DNA of 63,345 bases, filler included, from Jimgerdemannia flammicorona (GCA_003990765.1; 2 parts of 2 records of this genome joined end to end with filler, not necessarily neighbours in it), one strand, 5' to 3'. Shown: positions 11,000-23,291, counted from the whole stretch's first letter. Notes: a model not told the origin generated them from the letters alone. Made by a program: numbers and translations.

Positions 11000-13040
11000 T
11001 GTAAGAGTGTTGCTTTTTAGGGTAACTGTTACGTAGTTCTGGAAGGGTTTTCTGGAGGTTCTGGATATTCTAGAAGACCATTTTCTTATGGTCAAGATCA
11101 ATATCATATGGAGTATGTCCTCTATGCTTATTGATTTCAAGATCGGGTTGATGTCTCAACCAAAGTCCTTTTCCGGACTAGTTCTAGGTGTTCAGGATTT
11201 TTCCGTATTTCAGGAAGTTCAAGAAACTAAGACCAGCTTAGTTGAATTGGCGTATCGCTGCAGACAATACCCAATTAGGAAATTTCGTAATGGGGTTAAG
11301 AGTGGGACCTAACAGGGAGCAGATTTACTTAAGAGTGGTTTATGGGTTATGGAATAGGTTTATTTGCTATTCATAATATTGCTATACTAGGAGTAGTTGT
11401 GTGAAGGGATATTGTGGGGAAGTATTCAGGAATGTTCTTGTGTGTTTGAGTCTGTTCCAGTCTGAGATTCTGAGGTCTGGGGGAGGGGGTATTTATACTA
11501 GTGAGGGGCTATCTGGACTATGCTGAATATGGATGTAGCACTAAGTGCCTTGCTGAGTCGGAATGCAGTCACATAGTACAAGTGTGATCTGACATGTCAA
11601 GAGATCGTCTGACTGCTGAGTCAGTTCACAGTCATGTCATACAAAGCTAATCTAACTATACTATGACTGCTAGGCTATTTATGGGTTTAGGCACTGTCTG
11701 GGTAGTCTTCGATGACATCACCATCGATTGCATTATCTCTGATGAAGTAGTTGTCTAGGAAGAGTGATTCACGGATTACTTCTCCTTGTTTGCTGAGGTA
11801 GTAATACATTGGGACTTTGTCTCCATCCCACAGGATAGCATCATCTGTCTCGTAGGCTGGATAAGGTGTTGGTGGGTGAAGGATGGGTGTATTGTCTTTG
11901 CTTTTGTCAGATTCACTGTCTACGTACCTTCTATAGGTTACAGCACTATGAGTTGCAGGATTGTAGTAAGCTGGTGGCTGTGGTTCATGTCGCTCATACT
12001 CAGGTGGTGGAGTGGTTGGTTCAATCTTGAGGGTTGTCTAGAGGTACAGGTTGTGTTCTCCGGTCTCTTAATTGTAGTTGAAGTAATCAGGAGTGAACAC
12101 GGGTTAGTATTCGTGTCAGTGGTCATTGTCCCAATAAGTCTCATATGCAGTTATGAACTGTTGCAAGTTCATTGGCAAGTTTGGCGGTGTGATCAGGGTT
12201 GGCAGAGATCCTTGGCTAGAGGTCATGTTGGTGTCAGAGGGATCATTGTCTTCTGCTTCATCTTCATCGAAGTGGATTATATCGTAGATGTCCTTTATGG
12301 TGTATCCGACTTGAGGCATTTGTAGGATATGGTCATCAGGGTGCAGGAAGGTTCTGTCTGTGGTCTGGACATATTTGAGATACTTGTGGTTGAGTTCTTA
12401 TATCATGTCATCGATTTGGCCATAGGACAGAGTAGCAACCATTTCACTGATAGTGACTCAGAGGCGGGGAATAAAGGTATTGTACTCATAGAAGAGTTCT
12501 CGATGTTTGTAGGTGATGAGCTTCTGGTGTTGAGACATCTGGGTAATGTCTGTATCGTGGTGGTGTTTGACCATGTCTTCCAGGAGGTGGCTGATCTGGT
12601 AGTAGCTTGAGATTTGTCTGATTCGGTGGGCCTCGCTAAGCATGTTCAGGGCATTCCATCGGGCTTCCACGAAGTAGAGGGGTGCCAGGCTATGGATATT
12701 CATGAGGGGCAGAGGGGGTGTAGCTCGGTTGACAATGGCATTCCAAATGTCAGCACAGATATAGTTATAGATCTCAGTGGTCATATTTATGTATTTGGAA
12801 GTTGTGGTTGTTGTTTGTTTTGATTCTCTGATTCGATGCATCTTGGTGCTCGGTATATATACATTTGGTCCTGATTGGTAAGATTTTGTTTGTGTAAATC
12901 TTGTGTTCTGTGACTTCAAATTGACTCAGCTTTGTGTGCTGTGACTTCGGTTTGACTCAGCTTTGTGATCAAGCAGGTGATTTCCAGATTTGTTCAGAGG
13001 TCGCATGTAATTTCTGTGGCTTGGAGGTTGTGCGCTTACA
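11000..13040 (-). repeat. 5' LTR of E1 (2041 bp)
   Basis: Direct repeat of 2438-4482, followed by the PBS on the element strand. Confidence 0.96.
11687..12919 (-). pseudogene. LTR-embedded accessory ORF of E1 (~410 codons in one frame, nonsense mutations only), unknown function
   Basis: ORF-track pieces 12458-12919 and 12116-12319 and the terminal ...DYPDSA* all share one frame. Internal stops fall at CGA/CAA/TGG-type positions. Confidence 0.75.
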
Positions 13041-14207
13041 CCTAGCTTTGAGGAGCCTTGATAAGTATCTAGTAGGCCACTCACCCTCCTCAAGACCCTG
13101 TCACCATAGCCTAGCAGCCATACCTTGCATATGAGTCTTCTCCTCCTCTCTCAATACCTGTTGCAGTTCCACTATCTCCAATTTTACCTGCTCTATCCTC
13201 CAATCCTCTACTCTATCTGAAGTAAGTAAATCTGTCCAATCCATTTGCAATCTCCTCAGCCTGCTAGAAGCACACCTTGTATGCTTCCTCCTCTGTCTTC
13301 CTATATCTCTACCAGCTTCTTCTCAATAGACCCTTGCAGCCTCTTTTAATTGCATCCAATGGACCCCTACAGACCAACCCTCATGCCTCTAGGTATGGAC
13401 CTTTGCCTGAATGTCCTCCACCCAAGAGTCCCACAGCCTCTTCTCGGCCAGTAGAGAGGAGTTAAGGTACTAATGTCCAGGTCCATCTCCACTTCCCCCA
13501 AACTGCTTCTGCCCCAAAAGTCCCTAGTGATCAGACCATGGGCACTACTCTACCTCCAATATCTTTCAAACATCGAAACCCCAACACTCGGCCATCAAAA
13601 TCCAGTCAATCCTAGTGTCCAGGCCATTTACCCAATACATGTAGACCCTGGTATTGCCCCACCGTGTTCTGCCCATATCCCCTAAGGAGCTCAAGTTCTC
13701 CACCTCCTTCCAAACATCCAGACCTCCACTTCTCCCCCCTGTATTCCTCCCTCCATCAGTTCTATCAAGAAGCTGATCCTGAACCATATTAAAGTCTCCA
13801 CCAAGAACATCAACCTCTTTCTCCAAGAGAATACCCTCCTTCAGCAGCTCCTTAGTCCATGCAATTCTCTCACCCCTCACTGCTGGACAGTAGCAAGAGT
13901 CAACTCTCACCAACTCCCATCCTGGCTGATGCCAATCTCCCCAAACCAATCGATTCCCCCAGCTTCTGATCCCCTCCAAATCACCTCTATCCTTCCTCAC
14001 CAGAATTGCCACTTTTCCAAACCAAACAGTAGTCCCCCCCTATTCCCTAGTCCATTCTACCTGATCATCCTCATCCTCACATCATATGTCCTGTAGTAAA
14101 AAGAGATCAGCCTCCAATCCCTTGAGCCAAGTAAAAATGTTCTTATGCCACCCTGCTTCCCTTAATCCATTCACATTTAGAGAGAAAATATTGGTTGTAC
14201 TGTTCAT
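13041..14207 (-). pseudogene. LINE A ORF2, N-terminal apurinic-type endonuclease and linker
   Basis: MNSTTNIFSLNVNGLRE, DLFLLQD, VLGGDFNMV and TRIDWIL. Confidence 0.88.
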
Positions 14208-16624
14208 AGGAAAAATGTTATGTAGTGATCCCATCCTCTACAAGTCTACATTCAGCTCCTCCTGCTCCAAGTCTAAGTCATGTTCAGCAGCTAGCTCTCT
14301 TTTGCCTGCCTCCCTTGCCTCCAACCCTCCCAGAAGTTCCACTATTGCCCCATCTTCTCTCTCCTCAAAGTCCTTATAATACTCCAGACAGGCCTCCTGC
14401 CAGAGCTGCAAACCATGATGCTCTGCCCAACAGTAGACAGCCTGCTCACTAGTGACAACCCCCAGCTCCACCTTCTTAACCTCATCAACCTCATATTCCT
14501 CCTCCTCCAGGAGGATTGCAAGAATCTCTACCTTCAGCACCTCCATCACTCCATCTTTATGTAGAATCTGTGACCAATGCTCCTTAGGCATTACACGTAG
14601 GTCCACTTCTCTCAACACCTCTGCTGCAAGATTATCCATCACCTTGCTCATCTATAGCAGGTTCCCCACCTCCTTCCCTTCTGACGTCTCTGGCTGCTCT
14701 ACATCTAACATTGTGGTATCAGCTCCTATACTGGCAACCTCATCCCACTCCTCCTCTGAGACATCCACCAGTTCATCCTCACCAACTGCCACCACCTGAT
14801 CTCCTTTCGTCATGTCAGGGACTCCAAATTGTACTCTCTGTGCCCCCTTCATCAAAACATCATCCGCTGCCCCTCTCTTCACCATTGGGCCCCTTCTGAT
14901 AAGAGGGGGGGGGGGTGGAATCCAACTCCTGCTCCCAGACTTCAAATGTACCATCCATAGGGGTTCTTGTTTGGCACCTTCTCAGCCCCTTCCTTGTTCC
15001 CCTCCACCTCCCTTCCTCCTTTACTAGCCCAGACACTGGCCTCGATGCCCCTAGCCTCTCCAGCACTATCCACCTTCTTCTTAGCCCCACTGCTCATACT
15101 CTCTAACAGCTCTCTCTGCTGCTTGCACCCCTGGGCCCACTCCCACTGCCCCTTGTCCATTCGAATCCTCTTCCCCTCTAAAATCTCCAGATGTGTCATC
15201 TCCTCATAGAGCTTCCAGGCCTTCACCCTCCATTCAACCACACCACTCAGCTCCTCCAGTGCTTCCAATAAGTCCTTCTCCTCCTCTTCACTCCCCTTCA
15301 CCCTTGACACCTTACAGACAACTGCCCCCTACATCAATACTGAGGGCTAGTCATTAGCCTTTCCAGTGGCCTCTCTCTCTGCCAGCCTAATCCTGACATC
15401 CACATTGCCTGTCCTGATTGCTGTCCCCTCTCACACCCAGAAGCCAATATCCACCATGTCACCATACTCTGCCACCACCTCCTCTACCCTCCTCCTGGTC
15501 TTAACCTTCATTACTGTAGGCACTCTTTTGACTAACAGCTGCACCACCCTGGGGTCCCACCTAAGGCAGTGTACCATTGGGACCACCACTTTGCCAACTA
15601 CCACTCCAGTCTTCATCACCTCATCCAGTGGGCCTGCTTTCTCAAAGCCCACCTCCACCCCCTCCAGCCCCTTCAGGAACTTCACTGAGGCTGCCCCAGC
15701 CACCTGCTGCGAGATAGGCCCCAGGACTATCCTTGCCATCACTGCTAAGCCCTGGAAGCACAAGGTAGCCGCAAACTCCAAAACCAACTTCTTGAGTAAT
15801 AGCACCACCACTAGCTCCATCATACTATCAGCCAGATTCCCCTTTCAAATCAGTAGCCCCAGCCCCACTCTGCCATCAGCTGTCACATCTCTTTTTTTTT
15901 CCTGATTTCCTATTACACCTCCATCAGCAGTCCCACCCTCAGTTACAATACCTCTAGACCCTATGCTCATACTCCCAGCCTGAGGACCTCCCCACCTCCT
16001 AATGCTTACCTTGCCTTTCCCCACAGCAGTACCAGCCCTGTCTCCAGCTGGCCATCCACTTTCCTTCATCTTGTCAGCAAAGCTTGAGGGGCCAGTCCTT
16101 TCCTCATTACCACCCACCACTGGACCTCCTCCAGAGCCCTCACTACCCTTTGACCCTCCAAAGGCCCCCATCCCCAGGCTAGTGCTCCCAACAAATCGAA
16201 TCAAGTTGAATTTGACCTCAATTCAATTTGATTTGAAATATTCAAGAGCCAATTCAATTCAATTCAATTCGAATCAAGGTCTCAATTTGATTCAATCAAA
16301 TCGAATCAAAGGTCCAATTCGATTCGAAGTTTGATTCAAACCTTAATTTTTCAAAATTCAACAACTTAACGAAAACATGTCCAAAATTAATTAATTTTAG
16401 CTTGTTGGATTTGCCTTATTCAGGTGAATCCAACATAATAAAGAATATCAAATTTGGATATGTTTTTATCAAGTTATTGCATTTTGAAGTTTAGGTAGTG
16501 CTCCTAATGAATCAAAATTCAATTCAAATCAAATCAATTTGATTTGAACAAATCGAATCTAAATATAGTAGTAATTCACACACATGGTTTAATATATAAC
16601 AACACTCTCTCAAAGTAATTAAGC

Positions 16625-19219
16625 ATGTCCAATGCACTTTTAACACCACTATCTATGGAGGATACTATGGTAACAGCTTCAGTATCAGATGCAAGTATAG
16701 CTACAACAAGTGTAGTCTCATTACAGGTCTCATTATGGTCTGAGAAAGGAAAAGAATGCTCTGATATTTGGAAGGAGTTTACAAAGGAGCATATGGAAAA
16801 TGAAGATGTTTGAATCAAATGTAGCCACTGTAGAGCATCATATAAAGCTATTGATAGTTCAACAACAAATTTGTAGGCACATTTTAACAAGTATCATAAG
16901 AGTTATTAAGAAGGAGGAGGGATAGAGTTATTATTTTCACAAGTATGTTTTTTATATAACTTGTCTTTTTTTTTTTTTTTTTTTTTTTTTTTTGTTATTG
17001 TTATTAATTTATTATTACTTTATAATATTCAAAAAATAGCCAAAATTCTCTATACCATTATTTTGAGAAAAGCTTGTTTGCTGGATTATCAGTGATAGTT
17101 AGCCTTTTATGGTTATTGAGAATTTGGTTTAAAACTAGACATTATTATACCTTCTGCTGGAACTATATGAAATGAAATTAAACTGGTCTTTCAACAGAAG
17201 CATGATACCATCAAAATTATGCTACAGGTAAGATCTAATATTTTGATATAGAATATTAATTCAAATATTCGAATTAATCTTATTGTATTTGAAAATAGAA
17301 TATATGAGGTTGAATATCCTTCACTGTTGATACATGGACATCTCCAAATATGCATGTATTTCTTGGAATTAATATACACTGGATCTGTCAGAATTGGCAA
17401 CTCAACTGTATGCTAATTAATTTTGTCAAGCTATCAGGATCTCATTTGGGTGAAAATATTGCTAATGCCTTTGGAAGATATGTTCAAGATTTTGGCATAC
17501 AGACAAAGGTACGTAGATCATATTTTGAAAAGGTCAAAAAAAAAAAAAAGTCAGGATGGTTGGGATTTTCAAAAAGAGTGGAATTTTCAGGATTTTTTGA
17601 AAAAGAGCAGGATTTTTTGAAAAAGGGTGGGATTTTCAAAAAAGGTCAGAATTTTCAAAAAAGGTTGGAATTTTAGAAAACTTATATTTCGAATTATTGA
17701 TCTTTCACTCTAGATATTGGCTATAACAATAGATAATGCATCCAACAACAATACATTTTTTCAAGCAATTGGAATAGAGTTTGATACTGACCTTTATCAG
17801 CCAATACAACATGTTCACTGCCTGGCTCATATTATTAATCTGGCTGCTCAGGCCTTTTTAATTTGTATGAAGGCTGATGATGATGGAGAACTAATTTCAA
17901 AACTCTGGACAAGTATTATCAAGATTCAGTCATCACCACAATGTCTTGATCAATTTAAAGTACAATGTAAAGCTTTTGGAATCAGCAATCCAAAAGAACT
18001 TATTCTGGATATTAAGACTCAGTAGAATTCAATGTATTTTATGATTGAACAGGCCTTAGAATTATCAGAGATAAGTTTTATATTATATTATAATTTATAT
18101 TATAATAATTTATTTATTAATAAATTAATTTTTATTAATAGCCCTTAACCACAACAATTATGGCTGATAAAGATTTGCAAAAATATGCTATTGAAGATGA
18201 TATTTGGCAGATGCTAAAAGATATTATGAAAATTCTAAAAAACTTTCAAAAGGTGATGGATCTTGCAGCTAAGCAGAAATATATAACAATTTATGTGGCT
18301 ATTCCAATTTACAACTATCTGCTGAATAAGTTAGAGGATGACAAAGATATTCAAATACTAAAGACAGGAGAGCTAATGGATGAGCTGATAGATATTATTC
18401 ACCAGACAATAATAGCAGCTATTGATAAGTTGAAGATATATTATTCAATGACAGATGATCTTTATTATATTGGTACTAGTAAGTAAATATTTCAATAAAT
18501 CTATTTCAAAATTTGCTTGGTGCTAAGACAGTTTCGAAATTTGATCAATTGGTCACTACAAATCTATTTTTTGAAATGAAAACCAGTTCTCAATCCCAGG
18601 ATTAAACTAGGATATTATTCATCCCATGATTGGGAAGACATTTGGATTCAAGAGGCTGAAAACACACTTCATACAGTTTATAACAAAAACTATGCCCCTC
18701 CATCTGGATCAGTTTATCATACAATTTCTAACATTGATATCAATGTCAATGTTGGCATTGATGTCAATGTTAATGTCAATACTGCAATTGAAGATGATAA
18801 TGACATCCTTGCTGAACTAGATGAATATATATTCTATAGCGACAAAAGACAAAAACTGATAACAAATCCTGAGCAGGAGGTAGATGCTTATTTAAAAAGT
18901 GAAATTGTTAAATTTCAATCAAGAGTTGATACATTATCATGGTGGCAAGTGAGTTGGGCCTTTATATTCGAATTTGGTCTATATATTTCCAAAGTATTTT
19001 TCTAATTAATTTAATTTATTGGGAACATTAGAGCTATAGTAAAGATTTCCAAAATCTAGCAAAAATGGCATGTGATTATTTAGCTATCCCAGCAACAAGT
19101 GCTTTGATTGAGTGGGTTTTTTCAAGTGGTACAGATCTTGTAACACTCAAAAGAGGCACTTTAGACTCTGAAATGATCCGTGAATATATGTGTTTAAAGG
19201 CATAGCAATCAGTCTAGTA
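16625..19219 (+). pseudogene. Spliced hAT transposase (BED finger, DDE core, dimerization domain)
   Basis: SDIWKEF...KCSHC...STTNL.AH (BED finger); DTWTS, ITIDNASNN and CLAHIINL; LSWWQ; LAKMACDYLAIPATSA..E.VFSSG. AT-rich GT-AG introns lie between the blocks. Confidence 0.92.
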
Positions 19220-19329
19220 TTCTGATCTCGAAATATAGTGTAATCTCAAAATATAGTTTCTCAAAATACCAAATATATATACATACCTGATCATTATATC
19301 AGAATTCTGAACAATGAAGTGTCTATATT

Positions 19330-19845
19330 CCAAGCTCTTGGCTTGCTTGTCTGTATCATATTGGTTCACTGCGTCACTACTGAAGCTACTTGTTTATACT
19401 ATTGGTACTGCTGAAGCTTTCTGATATCACTGCTTCGAAACTCTCCTGCTCTATACCATATTGGCTCCATTGAAGCTACCTGTCTGCCAAAGCTTCCTGG
19501 TATCACTGCTTCAAAACTCTCCTGCTCTATACCATATTGGCTCCATTGAAGCTACCTGTCTGCCAAAGCTTCCTGATGGCATCACCACCTCGAAGCTCTC
19601 CATATTGCCTCACTGCATCACTACTATATTCAAAGCTCTCAGCATCACAGCTATATTTGAAGTTCTCAGCTTGACTGCATCACTGCTATATTCAAAGCTC
19701 TCCATATTGGCTCATTGTATCATCACCACTATATTCAAAGCTCTCAGCATCACACCACTATATTCAAAGCTCTCAGTGTCATGCTTTGAAGCTCTCAGCA
19801 TTACACTGCTATATTCAAAGCTCTTGGCATCATGCCATATTTGAA
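19330..19845 (+). repeat. Degenerate tandem repeats inside the hAT (core T(C)GAAGCTCTC / CATCACT)
   Basis: Many reiterations of (t)caaagctctc/gaagct, plus a ~70-bp direct duplication around 19410-19580. Confidence 0.75.
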
Positions 19846-19920
19846 TCTAAGCATCAGATAAAAAACATATAAATAGGCTGTCTAAGCTGCACTTCTGTCT
19901 GCATTTCGAGCTAAAAAAAA

Positions 19921-20538
19921 ATGACCAATGAATTTCAAAATTACCTTCACCATTTATCCCTGCAAGTTTATCTTGAAGACTTATCCGAGCACTTTGAGGA
20001 AATGAACAAGACCATCAGCAACATTTTCAAATGGCTAAATGATGACAATGATGACAAGACTGATGAAAACTATAAGAAAAACAAGAAGAAAATAGAGAAA
20101 GTGCTTGAGAGATTTATCTCAGCCAGCCATGCCCTTGCCAATCCTCAAGTCCAAGCCCCTGCCAGCCCTCAAGCCCAAGCTTCTGCCAGCCCTCAAGCCC
20201 AAGCCCCAGCTGGCCCTCAAGCTCCAGCCCCAGTCCCTCAAGCCCTGGCCTCAGCCCCTCAAGCCCCAGGCCCTCAAGCTCCAGCCTCTCAAGCCCCAGC
20301 CCCTCAAGCCCCGGTCTCTCAAGCCCCAGTCCCTCAAGCTCTGGCCCCAAAGCCAAGAAGAGGATGATGTATTACAAGTTGCCATAATTGCAGAGTGTAT
20401 GGTAAAATATGCCATACCATTCCCAGGATTTGTCAACATCTTGATCCAACTATCTCCAATATTTCTCCAGGCAAAAGACCATATGATAATATATGTCAGA
20501 TAGTAGCTACTGTGGCCAGGCATGCTGGGAATGCTTGA
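19921..20538 (+). pseudogene. Second (cargo) ORF in the hAT: helical N-terminus, PQA-repeat linker, Cys-rich C-terminus
   Basis: ORF 19921-20367 reads through TGA (probably a former CGA) into CITSCHNCRVYGKICHTIPRICQH..., ending at TGA 20536-20538. Confidence 0.6.
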
Positions 20539-22111
20539 ATTTGTGCGTCAGGTGATGGATCACTATCGGTGGTAATGTACAGGAAGAACACAGACATAGT
20601 GATACCGGAGATTGTAGCAAGTAGTAGGGAGATGTGCTGGGATCAGCCAGGAATACTAAATTGTGAATGAATTAGGATAGGAATTAGGATGCTTGAATGA
20701 ATAGTGTGAAAATGAATTGTGCAGCAGGTGCCAGGAATGCTGAATTGTGAAAATCGATTACAAATAAAAAGATTGATAATGCAAGATTGATGATATAAGA
20801 TTCGAATTGAACCCTTAATTTGATTTGATCAAATCAAATCAGACCCCCAATTCAATTCAACTTTGATTTGATTTGACTTTTATTTGAATCAAAAAATCCT
20901 CAATTTGATTTGACTCCAATCAACCCTAATTTGATTCGATTTGAATTGATTCAATTTATTTGGGAGCACTACTCCAGGCTATAACCCCTCCCTACATTCT
21001 GCCAGCTGAAAGCCCCAAATCCCCCCACCTCAGTACACCCACCAGAGCTCTTGCTTGATGACATTTTGATAGTACCTTTTCTCCAAGTTGTGTCGAAAAC
21101 CATTGCTTGAAGTTTTGTATAATGTGAATTATACAGAAGAAAAAGGAGAAAAAGGCTCATATGTATAGTATCTACTCTCTCTATTATTCTATTACATAGG
21201 TACTTGTTATGACTGGTATTCTCTTTTTAGATCTTTTCATTTCTCTTTCTCTCTTTCAAACTATTATTTATTTCAAATCTCCCCATTTCCAACAGTTTCC
21301 TGACTATCATCCTCAGTATACTCTTTATAAGTATATTTATAGTAAGATTTATCATCTTGCTTTATACTGCTCTCATCATTCTAACTGTGTATCTGCTGTC
21401 TGAGTTCTCAGTAACTTCATGGTCTATTGCTATACTTACTCTATTTCTATCATTTATAGCCTACTTACCTATATTGAATGGTCTGTTATTTGATCTTCTC
21501 TTCTCTCTCTCTCTTATCTCTCCTCTCTTCCCTCTCTTCTCTTTTACCCTCTCTACACCCTCTCTTCTTTTCCTCTCCCAATTCTCATCATACTATTTGA
21601 TCAAGCTTGCTAGGCTATACAATGTCCTGATGCTGTCTTGTGCTCTTCTCTTTTATATAATAGACTGTTGTCTCTTCCTCAGCACTTTTTTATTGTTTAT
21701 TTATTCCTTTCTTCTATCTTCTCACTTATCCATCACTCTTATTTTACATTTTTATCATCTTTAGATACCTCTGGCTCTATTGGAGAAGATTAAAAAATAT
21801 CCTAATCCCCTCTGGGGTCTCATGCTCACTCTGGGGTCTCAGTCTTTACTCTACTCTCCTCTACTATCTTCAGCCTCTTGGTTTTACCTCAGGCTCACTA
21901 TGGCTCAATCTACTTGACCTCATCCCTTACTCATACTTACCCCTCTGGGGTCTGCAGATGCTTTTTAATCTCAATTTGGATTTATTTGTTTCTGTTTTTT
22001 ATACTCACTCTGGGATTGGCTCTCTCCTTATCTTTATATAATATAAGGTTTTTAATCTAGTTATCTCTATATTATGATATATCATTCTTTTTTAAGACTT
22101 TATATTTATAT

Positions 22112-23288
22112 AACCTGGGTACTGCAGACCCCTATCACTTCATTCTCTACTGCCACAAAATGGAAACAAGGATCACCATTGCCACCAAATACCTCCAAAT
22201 ATGGCAGGAATACGAAATAGGAAACCTCCTCTGCCGGGAGTTCCCACAGGCCAGCCCTCAAGAGCTACAAGATACCACTCCCATGGATCTACATGAGGCA
22301 AGGACAGCAAAGAAGATCCATCAGATCTTCAGGCATGCACCATGGTCGATCCCCAACTTAGAGTATGTTAGAGTCTCAGACTTCAGAGACCTGTTATCCT
22401 GCCGTATCAATGCACTAGAAGCCAGAGTAGCCACAGAAGCCCAGTCCACCATCACCCTCAACAGCAAAGAAGTAGAAGACTTCTAGCACCCTATCCTTCA
22501 AGGACAACCCAGACCAATTCCTGCAAGGATTGATCTCAGTATTCCAAGGCCCAAGCATCCAGGTTAGATCTCCCCAAGACCCCACATTTGTTCCCTATTT
22601 TGTAGAAGAGAACCTCATAGACTGGAGAGCTCCAGATCTTGTCCCCAATTTCCCCGCCGAATGTGATGACGTCATTGGCGATGACATCATCCTGCGCGAC
22701 ATACCCGAAGCATGCAAAGAACATGAAATGCATGACAACGAAGTATACAAGATGCGCGGTCTGCACGACGAATTCGCAGACCTCATCTCCTTCAGTGATG
22801 ATGATGATGAAGTTCCCATGGTCCTGAACTTTCTGCTCTAAGTTCTTTGTTACACTGGATAATGCCAGTATCGGTATTCTCATATAACACTGGATAATGC
22901 CAGCACCGGTATTCTGAGATGACACAAAATTATTCCAGCACTGATATTTTGATATGATACTAAATAATGCCAGCCCTGGAACTTAGTAGTTTTAGTTATT
23001 GGAATTTATATTTAGCTTTATATCTTAGCAACCATTGAATTTTATTTTGTATAAATACCTCTCTTATTTCCTCTGAAATAAAGTCAGTCAATTCAGTGCA
23101 ATACACACACTTCCTTGCAAGCAATCTAAGAGATAACAAGACAGTTAAAGATAAGAAGTTTGAGGACTATAAGACCTTGGGAAGGCACTCCAATAAGAAC
23201 TTACTTATAATAAACTTGAGTTAGTCTAAGAGATACACCTTGAAGAGAATCTGGCATATTTGAAGGACTCAGCGACCACTACATGACA
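22112..23288 (+). repeat. 5' LTR of E2, missing the first ~360 bp
   Basis: Similarity to the 3' LTR begins at AACCTGGGTACTGCAG (22112 corresponds to 29354). Contains the accessory-ORF copy 22160-22841 with a 1-nt frameshift near 22500. Confidence 0.93.
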
Positions 23289-23291
23289 ACT

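Larger units (their letters stand above)
2438..13040 (-). mobile_element. Ty3/gypsy chromodomain LTR retrotransposon E1 (gag - dUTPase - Zn motif - protease - RT - RNase H - integrase - chromodomain), decayed
   Basis: Two ~2.04-kb direct repeats with TGTAAG...CTTACA termini; 5-bp TSD CCTAG at 2433-2437 and 13041-13045; PBS and PPT at the expected positions; gypsy domain order. Confidence 0.97.
16180..20971 (+). mobile_element. hAT-superfamily DNA transposon
   Basis: TIRs TAGTGCTCCCAACAAATCGAATC / GATTCAATTTATTTGGGAGCACTA; 8-bp TSD CCCCAGGC (16172-16179) vs CTCCAGGC (20972-20979); subterminal AATC(G/A)/TTGAT pentamer arrays at both ends. Confidence 0.95.
14238..21064 (-). pseudogene. LINE A ORF1 (Gly/Glu/Val-rich), interrupted by the hAT at 16180-20971
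   Basis: ATG at 21064. Fragments 15845-16179, 15431-15823, 14942-15310 and 14238-14954 are homologous to the plus-strand copy at 58029-59865. Confidence 0.8.
1..21110 (-). mobile_element. Decayed full-length non-LTR retrotransposon (L1/Tx1-type LINE), copy A. Split into segments 20972-~21110, 13041-16179 and <1-2437 by a hAT and an LTR element
   Basis: Removing the two insertions rejoins the reading frames: ORF1 MSSSKSSGG...GRGYSL|GMGAFGG across the hAT, and ORF2 across the LTR element at the duplicated CCTAG. APE motifs are followed by RT motifs. The 5' boundary is approximate and the 3' end lies at or beyond position 1. Confidence 0.9.

Noticed and set aside
19330..19845. Repeat array as a possible CRISPR
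   Set aside because: Degenerate tandem units with no unique spacers or constant period, inside a eukaryotic hAT element; no cas genes.
21110..22111. Pyrimidine-rich stretch with ORFs 21357-21764 and 21209-21403 and repeated CTCTGGGGTCT
   Set aside because: Probably a decayed retroelement 3' region (weak HPxxTLY similarity to the T family), but too degraded to assign; the hydrophobic ORFs are compositional.
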